Assembly (NCBI GenBank): GCA_002269645.1
Contig: NIVC01001008.1
Span: 1-64,000 of the forward strand
Direction of reading: 5' to 3'
Length of the DNA stretch: 64,000 nucleotides
Origin: Macrostomum lignano
Lineage: Eukaryota
This document shows, piece after piece, positions 49,320 to 61,748 of this stretch. Under the pieces are notes generated by a model. The model made no database searches and had not been told where the DNA came from. It saw nothing but the letters and a program-made list of their open reading frames with translations. Position numbers and translations under genes: made by a program. Every line of letters begins with the position of its first letter. The first letter of the stretch is position 1.

Positions 49320-52300
49320 TCACTTCTTGTTGTCGCTCGGTTCAGCGTCACCAGCAGCCGCCGAGTCAGGCTGGTAGCCGGAGTTGTTGAAGTAGCTGTA
49401 CGGAGGCGGCTGAGGCTCCGGCGCCTGCGGCTGTGGCGGCACGGAGTTCGGGTAGGAGACTGGAGGAGGCGGCGGCTGCATCGGGTACGAGCCCGAAGGC
49501 GGAGGTGGTGGCGAAGTAGCCTGCGTCGGATACGAGCCCGGAGGCGGCGGCGGATTGACTGCGACGGTCGACACGCCGACAGGCATCTGACGCCGGCGCT
49601 CCATCATTCGAACGGCGCGCATTCGAAAAAATACGCGAAAACCGATGGCCGAGCCGGCCACCACAAGGCCGAAAACGAAGAAAGCCGGCCAGAAGCTGCT
49701 GAACCGAAGTATCCATGCGGTTGGGTTGTCGCTCGTCCGCTGTCCGATATAGACTGAGATTAGCTGGGGATTGTAATACTTGGCCGGTTGGCCGACTTTT
49801 GGAGCGGAGCACAGCTGGGCAAAGCGGGAGTCGCAGCTGGCTCGATAAAACGAGCCGCTGCGGTAGAAGACGCATTCGCAGCTGCTGGACCACGAGCAGT
49901 ACGATGATGACTTCGATACCTTGGACAGCCTGTGGTGGGGTTTGGTGCGATCTCCCAGTTTGAATGTGACTATTACAGTTGCACTGATTCATATGGTGAG
50001 CTTACATGTATGCCTGTTTGCACTAAAATACAGATGGCTAAAATAACAAATCTTTGCAGGAACGGCTGTGGGCTTCCTGGCGCAATGGGCGCCCATTCAA
50101 TTGAATCCTGGGTACATATGAGCGTAATAGCAGCAATTAGTAACATTGGTAGCTTGCTATCTGGGGGGGGGGGGGGGCAGCTATCTAGGGATTCTTCTAT
50201 CCAGGGATGCTTGCTGTCTGAGGGACGCTTTCTATCTAGGGATTCTTCTATCCAGGGATGCTTGCTGTCTGAGGGATGCTTTCTATCTAGGGATTCTTTC
50301 TATCCAGGGATGCTTGCCGTCTGAGGGACGCTTTCTATCTAGGGATTCTTTCTATCCAGGGATGCTTGCTTATTTATGGATGCTTGCTGTCTGGGGGACG
50401 CTTTCTATCTAGGGATTCTATCTATCCAGGGATGCTTGCCGTCTGAGGGACGCTTTCTATCTAGGGATTCTATTTATCCAGGGATGCTTGCCGTCTGAGG
50501 GACGCTTTCTATCTAGGGATTCTTTCTATCCAGGGATGCTTGCTGTCTGAGGGACGCTTTCTATCTAGGGATTCTATCTATCCAGGGATGCTTGCCGTCT
50601 GAGGGACGCTTTCTATCTAGGGATTCTATCTATCCAGGGATGCTTGCCGTCTGAGGGACGCTTTCTATCTAGGGATTCTATCTATCCAGGGATGCTTGCC
50701 GTCTGAGGGACGCTTTCTATCTAGGGATTCGTTCTATCCAGGGATGCTTGCCGTCTGAGGGACGCTTTCTATCTAGGGATTCTTTCTATCCAGGGATGCT
50801 TGCTGTCTGAGGGACGCTTTCTATCTAGGGATTCTTTCTATCCAGGGATGCTTGCTGTCTGAGGGACGCTTTCTATCTAGGGATTCTTTCTATCCAGGGA
50901 TGCTTGCTGTCTGAGGGACGCTTTCTATCTAGGGATTCTATCTATCCAGGGATGCTTGCTGTCTGAGGGACGCTTTCTATCTAGGGATTCTTTCTATCCA
51001 GGGATGCTTGCTGTCTAAGGGACGCTTTCTATCTAGGGATTCTTTCTATCCAGGGATGCTTGCTGTCTAAGGGACGCTTTCTATGTAGGGATTCTTTCTA
51101 TCCAGGGATGCTTGCCGTCTGAGGGACGCTTTCTATCTAGGGATTCTTTCTATCCAGGGATGCTTGCTGTCTGAGGGACGCTTTCTATCTAGGGATTCTT
51201 GCTTTCTGGGGGTGTTTGCTATTTGGGAGGAATGCCTGCTATCTTTGCAAAGGCTTTATTTTGTTGTTTCGTTTTGTTGCTTTTAGAAAAAAAGAGATTC
51301 ATAGCAAACAACTTTGTCCGGGACAATTTTACTCCAATAAGGCGTTTTTTAAAACTGAAAACTGAAGGACTTGGTTCTTAAGAATGCTGTGTGCTCAGGA
51401 GTTTTGGAACGATGGCGCCGAATAGGCCTGTTGGCAACAGGGTGCCCGCAGACCTCCTTCAATAGCTCAGCTTCTCATCCTCTTTACCATTTCATCTTAG
51501 TCTGATTCTATCTCTGTCATGTCCTACGAGTATTTAAGGTATGCACATTAATAAGCACTACGAGCGTATATAAATTGGACTCCACACACATAAAAGACTT
51601 CCCTGTACCCGGCCATTTAAAACAATAACAGATCGAGACATTTGATGTAGTTTCCGTCACAGGGAAGCAGTGGCATATAAAGAAACGAAACTTCTACTTA
51701 TGTTTGACAGAGGTGGCTGGAGAGAAAAAAACACCTACGGCATATAGAAGGACTCGCCATTGAGAAAGTACAACTTGGTATTTTTGGAGCTGTACTCCAT
51801 GACGCCGACCCAGTAGGGCCTGCTGTCGGCAACCAGAGCCTCCAGGGTGCCTGTGCTTGTAAAGTCGATGGCGAGGTTCGCCTGCAGCATGCGGCACAGC
51901 TCAAACGCCTGGTCGAAGGTGACCAAATCGTTCTTTGCCGGGTTTCCGTAGCAGACGGAGCCGCTGCTGCGCCATCCGTACGGGCAGTCGCCGCTAAAGA
52001 TTGGCGCCACGGACAGCAGCGCCGAAGACTCCATCGAAGGCGGAGCATCGGAGACCAGACGAGCCTCGAACCAGCTGCCGGATCCAACAATAAGATGCCG
52101 ACAGCCAACTGTTGACGTAGAAAAATTTGTCACCTTCAAAATCTGCGAATGGGTGGCGTTCCTGATGGTTAGCGAGTTCGATCCGTACAGCTGAAGGCTG
52201 TCAATAGCGACTGAGAAGCCGGTGCTGCTGCGGGCGGCGCTGAAGTTCAATGCGTGAACGAAGCTGGAGCAGCCGCTTGTGGCATTGACAGTCAGCTGGG

Positions 52301-52442
52301 CTGATGTGTGAGAGGAGATTCTCAGCTGTTGATAGCTCTGGCAGCCGGTGGCAGTCGCCGTGGCAACGATGCTGAGCGCCGTTGCCAGTAGCAACGGGAA
52401 CGCGACCGGCCCGAGTAAAGAGGGTGACAGAAAATGAAGCAT
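49320..52442 (-). CDS. CUB-like + CTLD single-pass PPxY receptor, copy 2 (437 aa)
   Basis: Exons 52442-51739 (CC|GTAGGT) and 49929-49320 (CCACCACAG|G), phase 2; the join is in frame, giving ..YCSWSSSCECVFYRSGSFYRASCDSRFAQLC, a TM and a tail with PPPY. Confidence 0.85.
50171..51200. repeat. 51-52-bp minisatellite in copy 2 intron
   Basis: CTATCTAGGGATTCTTTCTATCCAGGGATGCTTGCTGTCTGAGGGACGCTTT, about 20 copies. Confidence 0.95.
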
Positions 52443-53049
52443 TGAAAGCAAATGAAAATATAAAAACCGAATTCATTGATTATTGGGCAGCCATATATCT
52501 AAGCTATGCCGAGACACATCTACTCTCGATCACCTAACTGTATCCCTGACGAAGCAAAGTCGGAAGGCATAAAAAATTATCAAAATTAACTGTCACAAAT
52601 ATATTTGGCTTCACACAGTGTTAGACGCAAATAGTTTTGAGAAATAGAAAAACAAACCATAAATATTGTTTGAAAAAATTTGTCAGGTAGAAAGATTTGA
52701 TTAAACAAAAATACGCTTACACAATAAGTGCGGTGAAAATGGCAATTTAATATCACAGTTTGCGGAAGAATTCGCTGTACGTGTGTAAATGTTTTTTAAA
52801 AATTAATTTTTTTTATAAAAATGCCTGCTATCTATATATACTACTGGCCAGGCTATCTAACATATTTAAAGAGAAATAAGGCATTTTCGCACAAAAGTAG
52901 AAAAAATACGTTGCATAAAAGGCTGTTAGACACACTCTAAATAGGACCGTTAATATGAGGCAATACGTGCGTTGCAAAAAAATCTTTTTTTTCAGCGTAT
53001 AAAGTAAAAGTTCATAATATTTCATTGTTATACAATTATTTCAAAAAAA

Positions 53050-53636
53050 CCTTCGGACTACAAGACTGACCACTTCGGACACTGCAAGACTGACCCCTTC
53101 GGACACTACAAGACTGACCCCTTCGGACACTACAAGACTGACCATTTCGGACACTACAAGACTGACCATTTCGGACACTACAAGACTGACCATTTCGGAC
53201 ACTGCAAGACTGACATATTCTGACACTACAAGACTGACCCATTCGGACACTACAAGACTGATCCATTCGGACACTACAAGACTGATCCATTCGGACACTA
53301 CAAGACTGATCCATTCGGACACTACAAGACTGACCCATTCGGACACTACAAGACTGATCTATTCGGACACTACAAGACTGATCCATTCGGACACTACAAG
53401 ACTGATCCATTCGGACACTACAAGACTGACCCCTTCGGACACTACAAGACTGACCCCTTCGGACACTACAAGACTGACCATTTCGGACACTACAAGACTG
53501 ACCATTTCGGACACTACAAGACTGACCCCTTCGGACACTACAAGACTGACCATTTCGGACACTACAAGACTGACCATTTCGGACACTACAAGACTGACCC
53601 CTTCGGACACTACAAGACTGACCATTTCGGACACCC
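53050..53636. repeat. 24-bp minisatellite
   Basis: TTCGGACACTACAAGACTGACCAT, about 24 copies. Confidence 0.95.
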
Positions 53637-53751
53637 GACACTGACCTTTTCAGGCATTCAGAATAACAATAATTTTAAGAACACAGCCAATCACATCTAA
53701 ACCGCAGAAAGCCATCCAAAGATCGATGAGCACTCAACAACCGACCAAATT

Positions 53752-55812
53752 CTAAGCTTTGTCGTAGGCTGGCGGTGGATCCGAAGGCATCCTGTTGTAG
53801 GCGGGCGGTTTCGGCTCCATAGAAACGGCGCCCGGCTCGTTAGCGCCAATGCCAGGGCTGTAGGCGCCGAGGCCGTAGGATCCGGCTGGCTGGGTCGGAT
53901 AGCTGCCGGGCGGCGCCGTGCAATGCGAGTTGGCTGGCGCCGGCGCCACCGGCTGAGCGGCGCCGTCAGCGGTCATGGCGTAGTTGGCGGCAACAGGGGC
54001 ACCAGACCGGGAATTGGCAACGGCTCGGCGGTACCAGAGGTATCGAATGCCAAAGCCGATCCCAGTTAAAGCGGCTGCAACAGCCAGCCCAATAATCCAG
54101 TAGTAGTTGAACGTGAAGCTGGCATCGCCGATTCCCAGGCTTTTGTCCAGCGTGCTCAAATTGTAGAATTTCGCATCCCCGCCGGGCCGGCTGCTGCACA
54201 GGTAGCGCAGCATCTGAGCGCAATAATTCCGATAGAACGAGCCCGCGCTAAAGTACACACAGCGGCAGTTCCCGCCAAAGCAGGTGTACGTACTCGAACC
54301 CTTGAACGTTATGGAGCTGCTGGATCTGAAATTATTGGGTTTGCAGGATGGTGTGAGCTGCAATATGGAAGATTATTCGCTGCGGGCCACCCTGGTGCAA
54401 CGCCTTCCTTCGGAGACATCGTCTTATCAGCCAGCGCTGACGGCGATTCTGCCCGTTCCGCTGACTCCTGAGCACAAAACAAGCGCACCAATACTGAACG
54501 CAGCCACGCACTCACACACGCGCTTCCACAGGGTGTACAATAGCCCTGACTTCCCAATCGTCAGGCATGAACACTCTCTGTGCCTTGGGGATTGAACCTC
54601 ATGACTGTGAATCGTATTTTCACGCACAAGCACTTGCAACACAAAACGCCCAGTAGACGTCACTAAACTCCGGATAAAAACCTGCTGGTTTGTAGCACAG
54701 AAGCTGAAGCAACCCATCCATTGTAGAAGCTGTCACTATCCAGGAAAAACAGAAGCTGAAGCAACCCACCCATTGTAGAAGCTGTCACTATCCAGGAAAA
54801 ACAGAAGCTGAAGCAACCCACCCATAGTAGAAGCTGTCACTATCCAGGAAAAACAGAAGCTGAAGCAACCCACCCATAGTAGAAGCTGTCACTATCCAGG
54901 AAAAACAGAAGCTGAAGCAACCCACCCATAGTAGAAGCTGTCACTATCCAGGAAAAACAGAAGCTGAAGCAACCCACCCATAGTAGAAGCTGTCACTATC
55001 CAGGAAAAACAGAAGCTGAAGCAACCCACCCATAGTAGAAGCTGTCACTATCCAGGAAAAACAGAAGCTGAAGCAACCCACCCATAGTAGAAGCTGTCAC
55101 TATCCAGGAAAAACACGCCTTTGGAGGTGTCGGCCACACCAACCCAGGTATCTTGACCTGTCGGCCAGGTCGTCGTGCTGGCCAGACCCAGTACGTCGGC
55201 TGTTGAAGAGACAAAGCCCAGCGCCAAATTGGCGCGCACGTAACGGCAACCAACGGCAGCGTTGGTGAAAGTGGCCCGCGAGTTATTTGGATGCGCGGCG
55301 CCGTAGCAGAGACCGTCTCTGTACAACCAGCCAGCCGGACAGGCGCCAGTCTTGACCAGTTCAACGTCCAGCACGATGCTGTCGGGGTAATAAGAAAACG
55401 AAGAAGATAACGCACGGGTGAAAAGCTTAACGTAAAATTTGTTGCTAGGGGTGGCAAATGCCCGATAGTCAGTTTGATTATCCGTGGTAACCAAGGCCAA
55501 CGGAGCCGAGCCGAACTCGGGCCCGATGCTGAATACGGACAAGCGTTTAGACAGGCTGCTGCTGAGGCGCACGTAAAAGTACATCCCGCCGACGCCGTGG
55601 AACTCGGCGTGGCAATAGCTAATGTTGACCAGGTTCAGCTCCACGCTAAATCTGGTGGTGCCGTTGTAGGCTGAAGAGTTGATGCTCACTATGGCCGGTC
55701 TGCCTGTTCTGTGGGTGCAGCCGTAGCGGTCAACAGCCTGGCTGAGCAATGGAACGGCTAGGAGCAGCGAGGACAAAACAAAAATAAGAAACTGCAGCTG
55801 CCGGTGACACAT
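53752..55812 (-). CDS. CUB-like + CTLD single-pass PPxY receptor, copy 3 (434 aa)
   Basis: Exons 55812-55082 (GG|GTGGGT) and 54325-53752 (AATTTCAG|A), phase 2. CPAGW..CYG, WVGV, CRCVY..C..YLC, TM, PPAY x2. Confidence 0.83.
54505..54613 (-). mobile_element. Short SINE-like dispersed repeat; second copy at 55870-55982
   Basis: Shared CAATCGTCAGGCATG..ACTCTCTGTGCCTTGG..TTGAACCTCATGACTG; the minus strand has a B-box-like GGTTCAA. Confidence 0.55.
54698..55113. repeat. 52-bp x8 tandem repeat made of the copy 3 exon-1 end plus its splice donor
   Basis: Units every 52 nt from 54698; the minus-strand unit is GTTTTTCCTGGATAGTGACAGCTTCTACTATGG|GTGGGTTGCTTCAGCTTCT. Confidence 0.93.
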
Positions 55813-56241
55813 CGCGCTGTTCAGGCATGCATCGAATGAGTTGGTTGGCTTGGGGTTTCAGAAATCCATCACACACTCAAACACACGCTCACACAGGGTG
55901 CACACAGTGGCCCGGACTTTCTAATCGTCAGGCATGTGCACTCTCTGTGCCTTGGAGGTTGAACCTCATGACTGGGAATCCCACAATCCTATATATCCTA
56001 GTATCAGCAAAGTATAAAAATAGCAAATAGACAAGTTGTAATGCAAAAGCATTAAGTTATTTTTCCCATTTTATTGATAGACGATAAATATGCCTTTGTA
56101 GAAATGATATTCAGGATATCAGCAGTGCAGGCTCTCATCAAAATGCTATTGAGAAAAAAAGCAAAGCGATTGACGAGGCCTAATTATTAAAATTTAACGG
56201 ATTGTATAAAGCATATAAACTGTGTCATGTGAGAAGGTGCA

Positions 56242-57186
56242 AACAGGTGAGAGGATATAACAGGTGAGAGGATAGAACAGGTGAGAGGATATAACAGGTG
56301 AGAGGATAGAACAGGTGAGAGGATAGAACAGGTGAGATGATAGAACAGGTGAGAGGATAGAACAGGTGAGATGATAGAACAGGTGAGATGATAGGATAGG
56401 TGAGATGATAGAACAGGTGAGATGATAGAACAGGTGAGATGATAGAACAGGTGAGATGATAGGACAGGTGAGATGATAGGATAGGTGAGATGATAGGATA
56501 GGTGAGATGATAGAACAGGTGAGATGATAGAACAGGTGAGATGGTAGAACAGGTGAGAGGGTAGAACAGGTGAGATGATAGAACAGGTGAGATGGTAGAA
56601 CAGGTGAGATGATAGGATAGGTGAGATGATAGAACAGGTGAGATGATAGAACAGGTGAGATGGTAGAACAGGTGAGAGGGTAGAACAGGTGAGATGATAG
56701 AACAGGTGAGATGGTAGAACAGGTGAGAGGGTAGAACAGGTGAGATGGTAGAACAGGTGAGAGGGTAGAACAGGTGAGAGGATATAACAGGTGAGAGGAT
56801 ATAACAGGTGAGATGATAGAACAGGTGAGATGGTAGAACAGGTGAGATGATAGAACAGGTGAGATGGTAGAACAGGTGAGAGGGTAGAACAGGTGAGATG
56901 ATAGAACAGGTGAGATGGTAGAACAGGTGAGAGGGTAGAACAGGTGAGATGATAGAACAGGTGAGATGATAGGACAGGTGAGAGGGTAGGACAGGTGAGA
57001 GGGTAGATCAGGTGAGAGGGTAGAACAGATGAGATGATAGGACAGGTGAGAGGGTAGGACAGGTGAGAGGGTAGAACAGATGAGATGATAGGACAGGTGA
57101 GAGGGTAGAACAGATGAGATGATAGGACAGGTGAGATGGTAGAACAGATGAGATGATAGGACAGATGAGATGATAGAATAGGTGAG
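56242..57186. repeat. 17-bp purine-rich minisatellite
   Basis: ACAGGTGAGATGATAGA and variants, about 55 copies. Confidence 0.95.
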
Positions 57187-57744
57187 ATGCAGGAGTGAGA
57201 GAAATACCCGGGCTACGTAATAAGAGAGAACCAGAGGTCACTGCATAAAAATTATACAAATCAACAATTAATATGAAAAAACTGCAAATATTTTTGTAGA
57301 CGAAAATAAAAACAAGAATGGCGGCTAACTAAGATATAAAAGGCACAAGACAAAGGGTTAAGATTTTTGTTTGCCAGAAAAATACACAATGGAATACTTA
57401 AAACATTTGATCAAGTTCAGTTAAATATAAAAGCTACTTCCAGATCGAAGACAGCAGAGAAAGTTGACACGGGTGTTAATGCTATGAAGCAATAAATCAT
57501 AGCAGAGCTGTTGGCTATCTACTGTCTTAAGAATGAGCATTGAGGGATTAAAAATAAATAGAAAAATAAAGATTTCGTATTTGATTAGGGAAAATATAAC
57601 AATGCAATGCTTGATAATCTACACGTGTCCAGCCTCATGGACTGATTAGTTACAGCATGTTAATCTACCATCTACCTAACTTTATCGACTTGCTTTGTTG
57701 TATTATACACGTCGTACCTATCAATATCATCTAGCCTCTTTTTC

Positions 57745-58665
57745 TGTCTACCAATCTGTCTACCGATCTATCAATCTGTCTACCTGTCTGTCTAACTAGC
57801 TGTCTACCTGTCTACCAACCTGTCTACTTATCTGTCTACCTATCTGTCTACTAATATGTCTACCAATATGTCTACCTACATGTCTACCTGTCTACTAATC
57901 TGTCTACCTGTCTACTAATCTGTCTACCTAACTGTCTACCAATCTGTCTACCTACCTGTCTACCTGTCTACTTATCGGTCTACCTATCTGTCTACCTATC
58001 TGTCTACCTGTCTACTTATCGGTCTACTTATCTGTCTAACTATCTACCAATCTCCTATCTACCAATCTCCTATCTACCAATCTCCTATCTACCAATCTTC
58101 TATCTACCAATCTTCTATCTATCTCCTATCTACCAATCTCCTATCTACCAATCTCCTATCTACCAATCTTCTATCTATCTCCTATCTACCAATCTCCTAT
58201 CTACCAATCTTCTATCTATCTCCTATCTACCAATCTCCTATCTACCAATCTCCTATCTACCAATCTTCTATCTATCTCCTATCTACCAATCTCCTATCTA
58301 CCAATCTCCTATCTACCAATCTTCTATCTATCTCCTATCTACCAATCTCCTATCTACCAATCTTCTATCTATCTCCTATCTACCAATCTCCTATCTACCA
58401 ATCTCCTATCTACCAATCTCCTATCTACCAATCTCCTATCTACCAATCTCCTATCTACCAATCTTCTATCTACCAATCTCCTATCTACCAATCTCCTATC
58501 TACCAATCTTCTATCTATCTCCTATCTACCAATCTCCTATCTACCAATCTCCTATCTACCAATCTTCTATCTATCTCCTATCTACCAATCTCCTATCTAC
58601 CAATCTCCTATCTACCAATCTCCTATCTACCAATCTCCTATCTACCAATCTTCTATCTACCAACT
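57745..58665. repeat. Degenerate TCTACC repeats grading into an 11/15-bp minisatellite
   Basis: CTATCTACCAATCTC units at 58030-58665. Confidence 0.92.
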
Positions 58666-58721
58666 TCCTACCTGCCCAACTGGCTATCATAGGCAGAGGC
58701 AGTGCATTCAGGCCAGCCAAG

Positions 58722-60844
58722 TCAGTCGAATTTCTGCACTCCTTTCCAATTAGCTGCCTGCTGGAAGTGCCCAGCGCCGTAAATCTCCTCAGGGGTTGGA
58801 GCCGAAGGAACGGCAGCCCGGTGGACACAGCTTCGTTGTAGCTCGGCGGTTGCTCGTCGCAGTTGCCACCGTAATTGTATGACGGCGGCGCCAGCGGCTC
58901 CGGGTACAAGTTGTTGGAAATGACATCCGTTGTCGAGAAGCGTGGGCCATTGGCGGCGGAAATGGACCGCCGGATGGTCAGTTTCTGCTTGATCTTCGTG
59001 CCGACAGCCACCGACATAACGAAAACAAAAATGACTGCAAACACGACACCGACAATCCAGGCCCGACTGGTCTTGTCCTCATCCTCAGAGAACAGCGAAT
59101 AGAATTTGGAATCTCCGCCAACGGCGCAGCTGCATAGGTAGCTTTGCTTAGTTGAGCAGCTCTGCCGGTGGAATAAAGCAGTGCTCAGCTCTGTGTAGTG
59201 CACGCAACGACACTTGGACGAGTCACTGGTGCAGGACTTCTTAACGCTGGAGCTGCAAAGGTTAGAACGGATTTTGTTAGAATAGGGCTCCAGGTGGCTA
59301 TCAGAGGTTTACGGTGGATATCAGCATGTCACACCGGTTGGATATCAGCATGTCACACCGGTTGGATATCAGCATGACACACCGGTTGGATATCAGCATG
59401 TCACACCGGTTGGATATCAGCATGGCACACAAGTGTACATCAGCATGGCACACAAGTGTACATCAGCATGGCACACAAGTGTACATCAGCATGGCACACA
59501 AGTGTACATCAGCATGGCATACAAGTGTACATCAGCATGACACACAAGTGTACATCAGCATGACACACTAGTGTACATCAGCATGGCACACAAGTGTACA
59601 TCAGCATGGCACACAAGTGTACATCAGCATGGCACACAAGTGTACATCAGCATGACACACTAGTGTACATCAGCATGGCACACAAGTGTACACAGCATGG
59701 CACACAAGTGTACATCAGCATGGCACACAAGTGTACATCAGCATGGCACACAAGTGTACATCAGCATGGCATACTAGCGTACATCAGCATGGCATACTAG
59801 TGTACATCAGCATGGCATACTAGTGTACATCAGCATGGCATACTAGCGTACATCAGCATGGCATACTAGTGTACATCAGCATGGCATACTAGTGTACATC
59901 AGCATGGCATACTAGTGTACATCAGCATGGCATACTAGCGTACATCAGCATGGCATACTAGTGTACATCAGCATGGCATACTAGTGTACATCAGCATGGC
60001 ACACTAGCGTACATCAGCATGACATACTAGTGTACATCAGCATGGCATACTAGTGTACATCAGCATGGCACACTAGTGTACATCAGCATGTCACACTAGT
60101 GTACCTCAGCATGGCAGTGAAGCCACCAGCTTACCTGATAAATATGGTATTGTTCAAGAAGTACACAGCCTCGGGTTTGCTCTTCCAGGCGGCGCCAACC
60201 CAGACAGGCCGGCCGTCAGTCCAGCCGGCGAGTTGCAGAGCAGCGCCCAGAGTCCTGGTGACGTCAGCGAATCCCATAGCCAGATTGGCTTGCACGTAAC
60301 GACACGCGATAATGGCGGTGGAAAAGCTAGCAACTGTGCTTTTCAATGACGCGGGGCCGTAGCACCTGCCCGAGTGGAGAACCCATCCGTCCGGGCACGC
60401 GGTGACCAGGTGCACATTCAGCAGGACGCTGTCAACGGTGGACCGGCTGGAGAACAGTCTGCTCAGCGAGGCGTACAGCCGGTTGGACTTTGTTGCGAAC
60501 GATTGGTAACGAGACTGACTGCTGGAGGAAATCGTGGCGACCCTGGATCCCGGATAGTCGGATTGGATCCTTAGTCGAGAGTAGCGAGACTCCATGGTGC
60601 TGGCTAGGCTAACGTAGAAATAGCCGCTAGAACTGGCGGAGCTCACAAGCAGAATGTGGCACAGACTGTCCGTGCTGTCTATACTAAGTCTGACGCTAAA
60701 CCGCGAAGAGTTCACTGCCACAACAGTCGGTGTGGAGTTGGTCGTGCAGTTAAATGTCTGGCCCGACGCGACGGCGGCGGCAGCCAGAATTGAAGCCGCT
60801 GCTAAAAGTGCAGGCACAGCTTTGATGGCGGAGTTCGGCGACAT
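58722..60844 (-). CDS. CUB-like + CTLD single-pass PPxY receptor, copy 4
   Basis: Exons 60844-60135 (AG|GTAAGC) and from 59252 (TTTGCAG|C), phase 2. CPDGW..CYG, WVGA, CRCVHY..C..YLC, TM, PPSY x2. As written the ORF runs into the minisatellite (stop at 58571); adding one G at ~58818 gives ..AAVPSAPTPEEIY..KFD* ending at 58722. Confidence 0.8.
59315..60112. repeat. 23-24-bp minisatellite filling copy 4 intron
   Basis: ATCAGCATGGCACACAAGTGTAC with blocks of variant units. Confidence 0.95.
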
Positions 60845-60961
60845 TGCGCATTAGTCAGGCTGAAATTGAGAAACCGGTTGCAGGTAGATTCAGTAATTAC
60901 TGAAATTAGGCAGTATCGACAGCTTCTGACCGAAAACTCTAGCTAGGTTACAGGGTGACCG

Positions 60962-61748
60962 CAACTGGGTCTGTAGCTGGGTCTGCAACTGGGTCTGCAA
61001 CTGGGTCTGCAATTCTGGGTCTGCAATTCTGGGTCTGCAACTGGGTCTGCAACTAGGTCTGCAACTGGGTCTGTAGCTGGGTCTGCAACTGGGTCTGCAA
61101 GTGGGTCTGCAACTGGGTCTGTAGCTGGGTCTGCAACTGGGTCTGCAACTGGGTCTGTAGCTGGGTCTGCAACTGGGTCTGTAGCTGGGTCTGCAACTGG
61201 GTCTGCAACTGGGTCTGTAGCTGGGTCTGCAACTGGGACTGCAACTGGGTCTGTAGCTGGGTCTGTAGCTGGGTCTGCAACTGGGTCTGCAATTCTGGGT
61301 CTGCAATTCTGGGTCTGCAATTCTGGGTCTGTAGCTGGGTCTGCAATTCTGGGTCTGCAACTGGGTCTGCAACTGGGTCTGTAGCTGGGTCTGCAACTGG
61401 GACTGCAACTGGGTCTGCAACTGGGTCTGTAGCTGGGTCTGCAACTGGGTCTGCAACTGGGTCTGCAACTGGGTCTGCAACTGTGTCTGCAACTGGGTCT
61501 GCAACTGGGTCTGTAGCTGGGTCTGTAGCTGGGTCTGCAACTGGGTCTGCAATTCTGGGTCTGCAATTCTGGGTCTGCAATTCTGGGTCTGTAGCTGGGT
61601 CTGCAATTCTGGGTCTGCAACTGGGTCTGCAACTGGGTCTGTAGCTGGGTCTGCAACTGGGACTGCAACTGGGTCTGCAACTGGGTCTGTAGCTGGGTCT
61701 GCAACTGGGACTGCAACTGGGTCTGCAACTGGGTCTGCAACTGGGTCT
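60962..61748. repeat. 12-14-bp minisatellite
   Basis: CTGGGTCTGCAA / CTGGGTCTGTAG / TTCTGGGTCTGCAA. Confidence 0.95.

Noticed and set aside
39762-52442. Copies 1 and 2 as two haplotypes assembled in tandem
   Set aside because: Exon 2, most intron sequence and the flanks are far too divergent for alleles; only part of exon 1 is near-identical
45645-52476. Alternative-frame and antisense ORFs over receptor exons (45645-46226, 45908-46219, 49366-49992, 51698-52108)
   Set aside because: Shadows of GC-rich coding exons; the chosen frames carry the conserved cysteines and splice in phase
11239-55113. Regularly spaced 52-81-bp repeats superficially like CRISPR arrays
   Set aside because: They are head-to-tail tandem units with no unique spacers, there are no cas genes, and the context is eukaryotic
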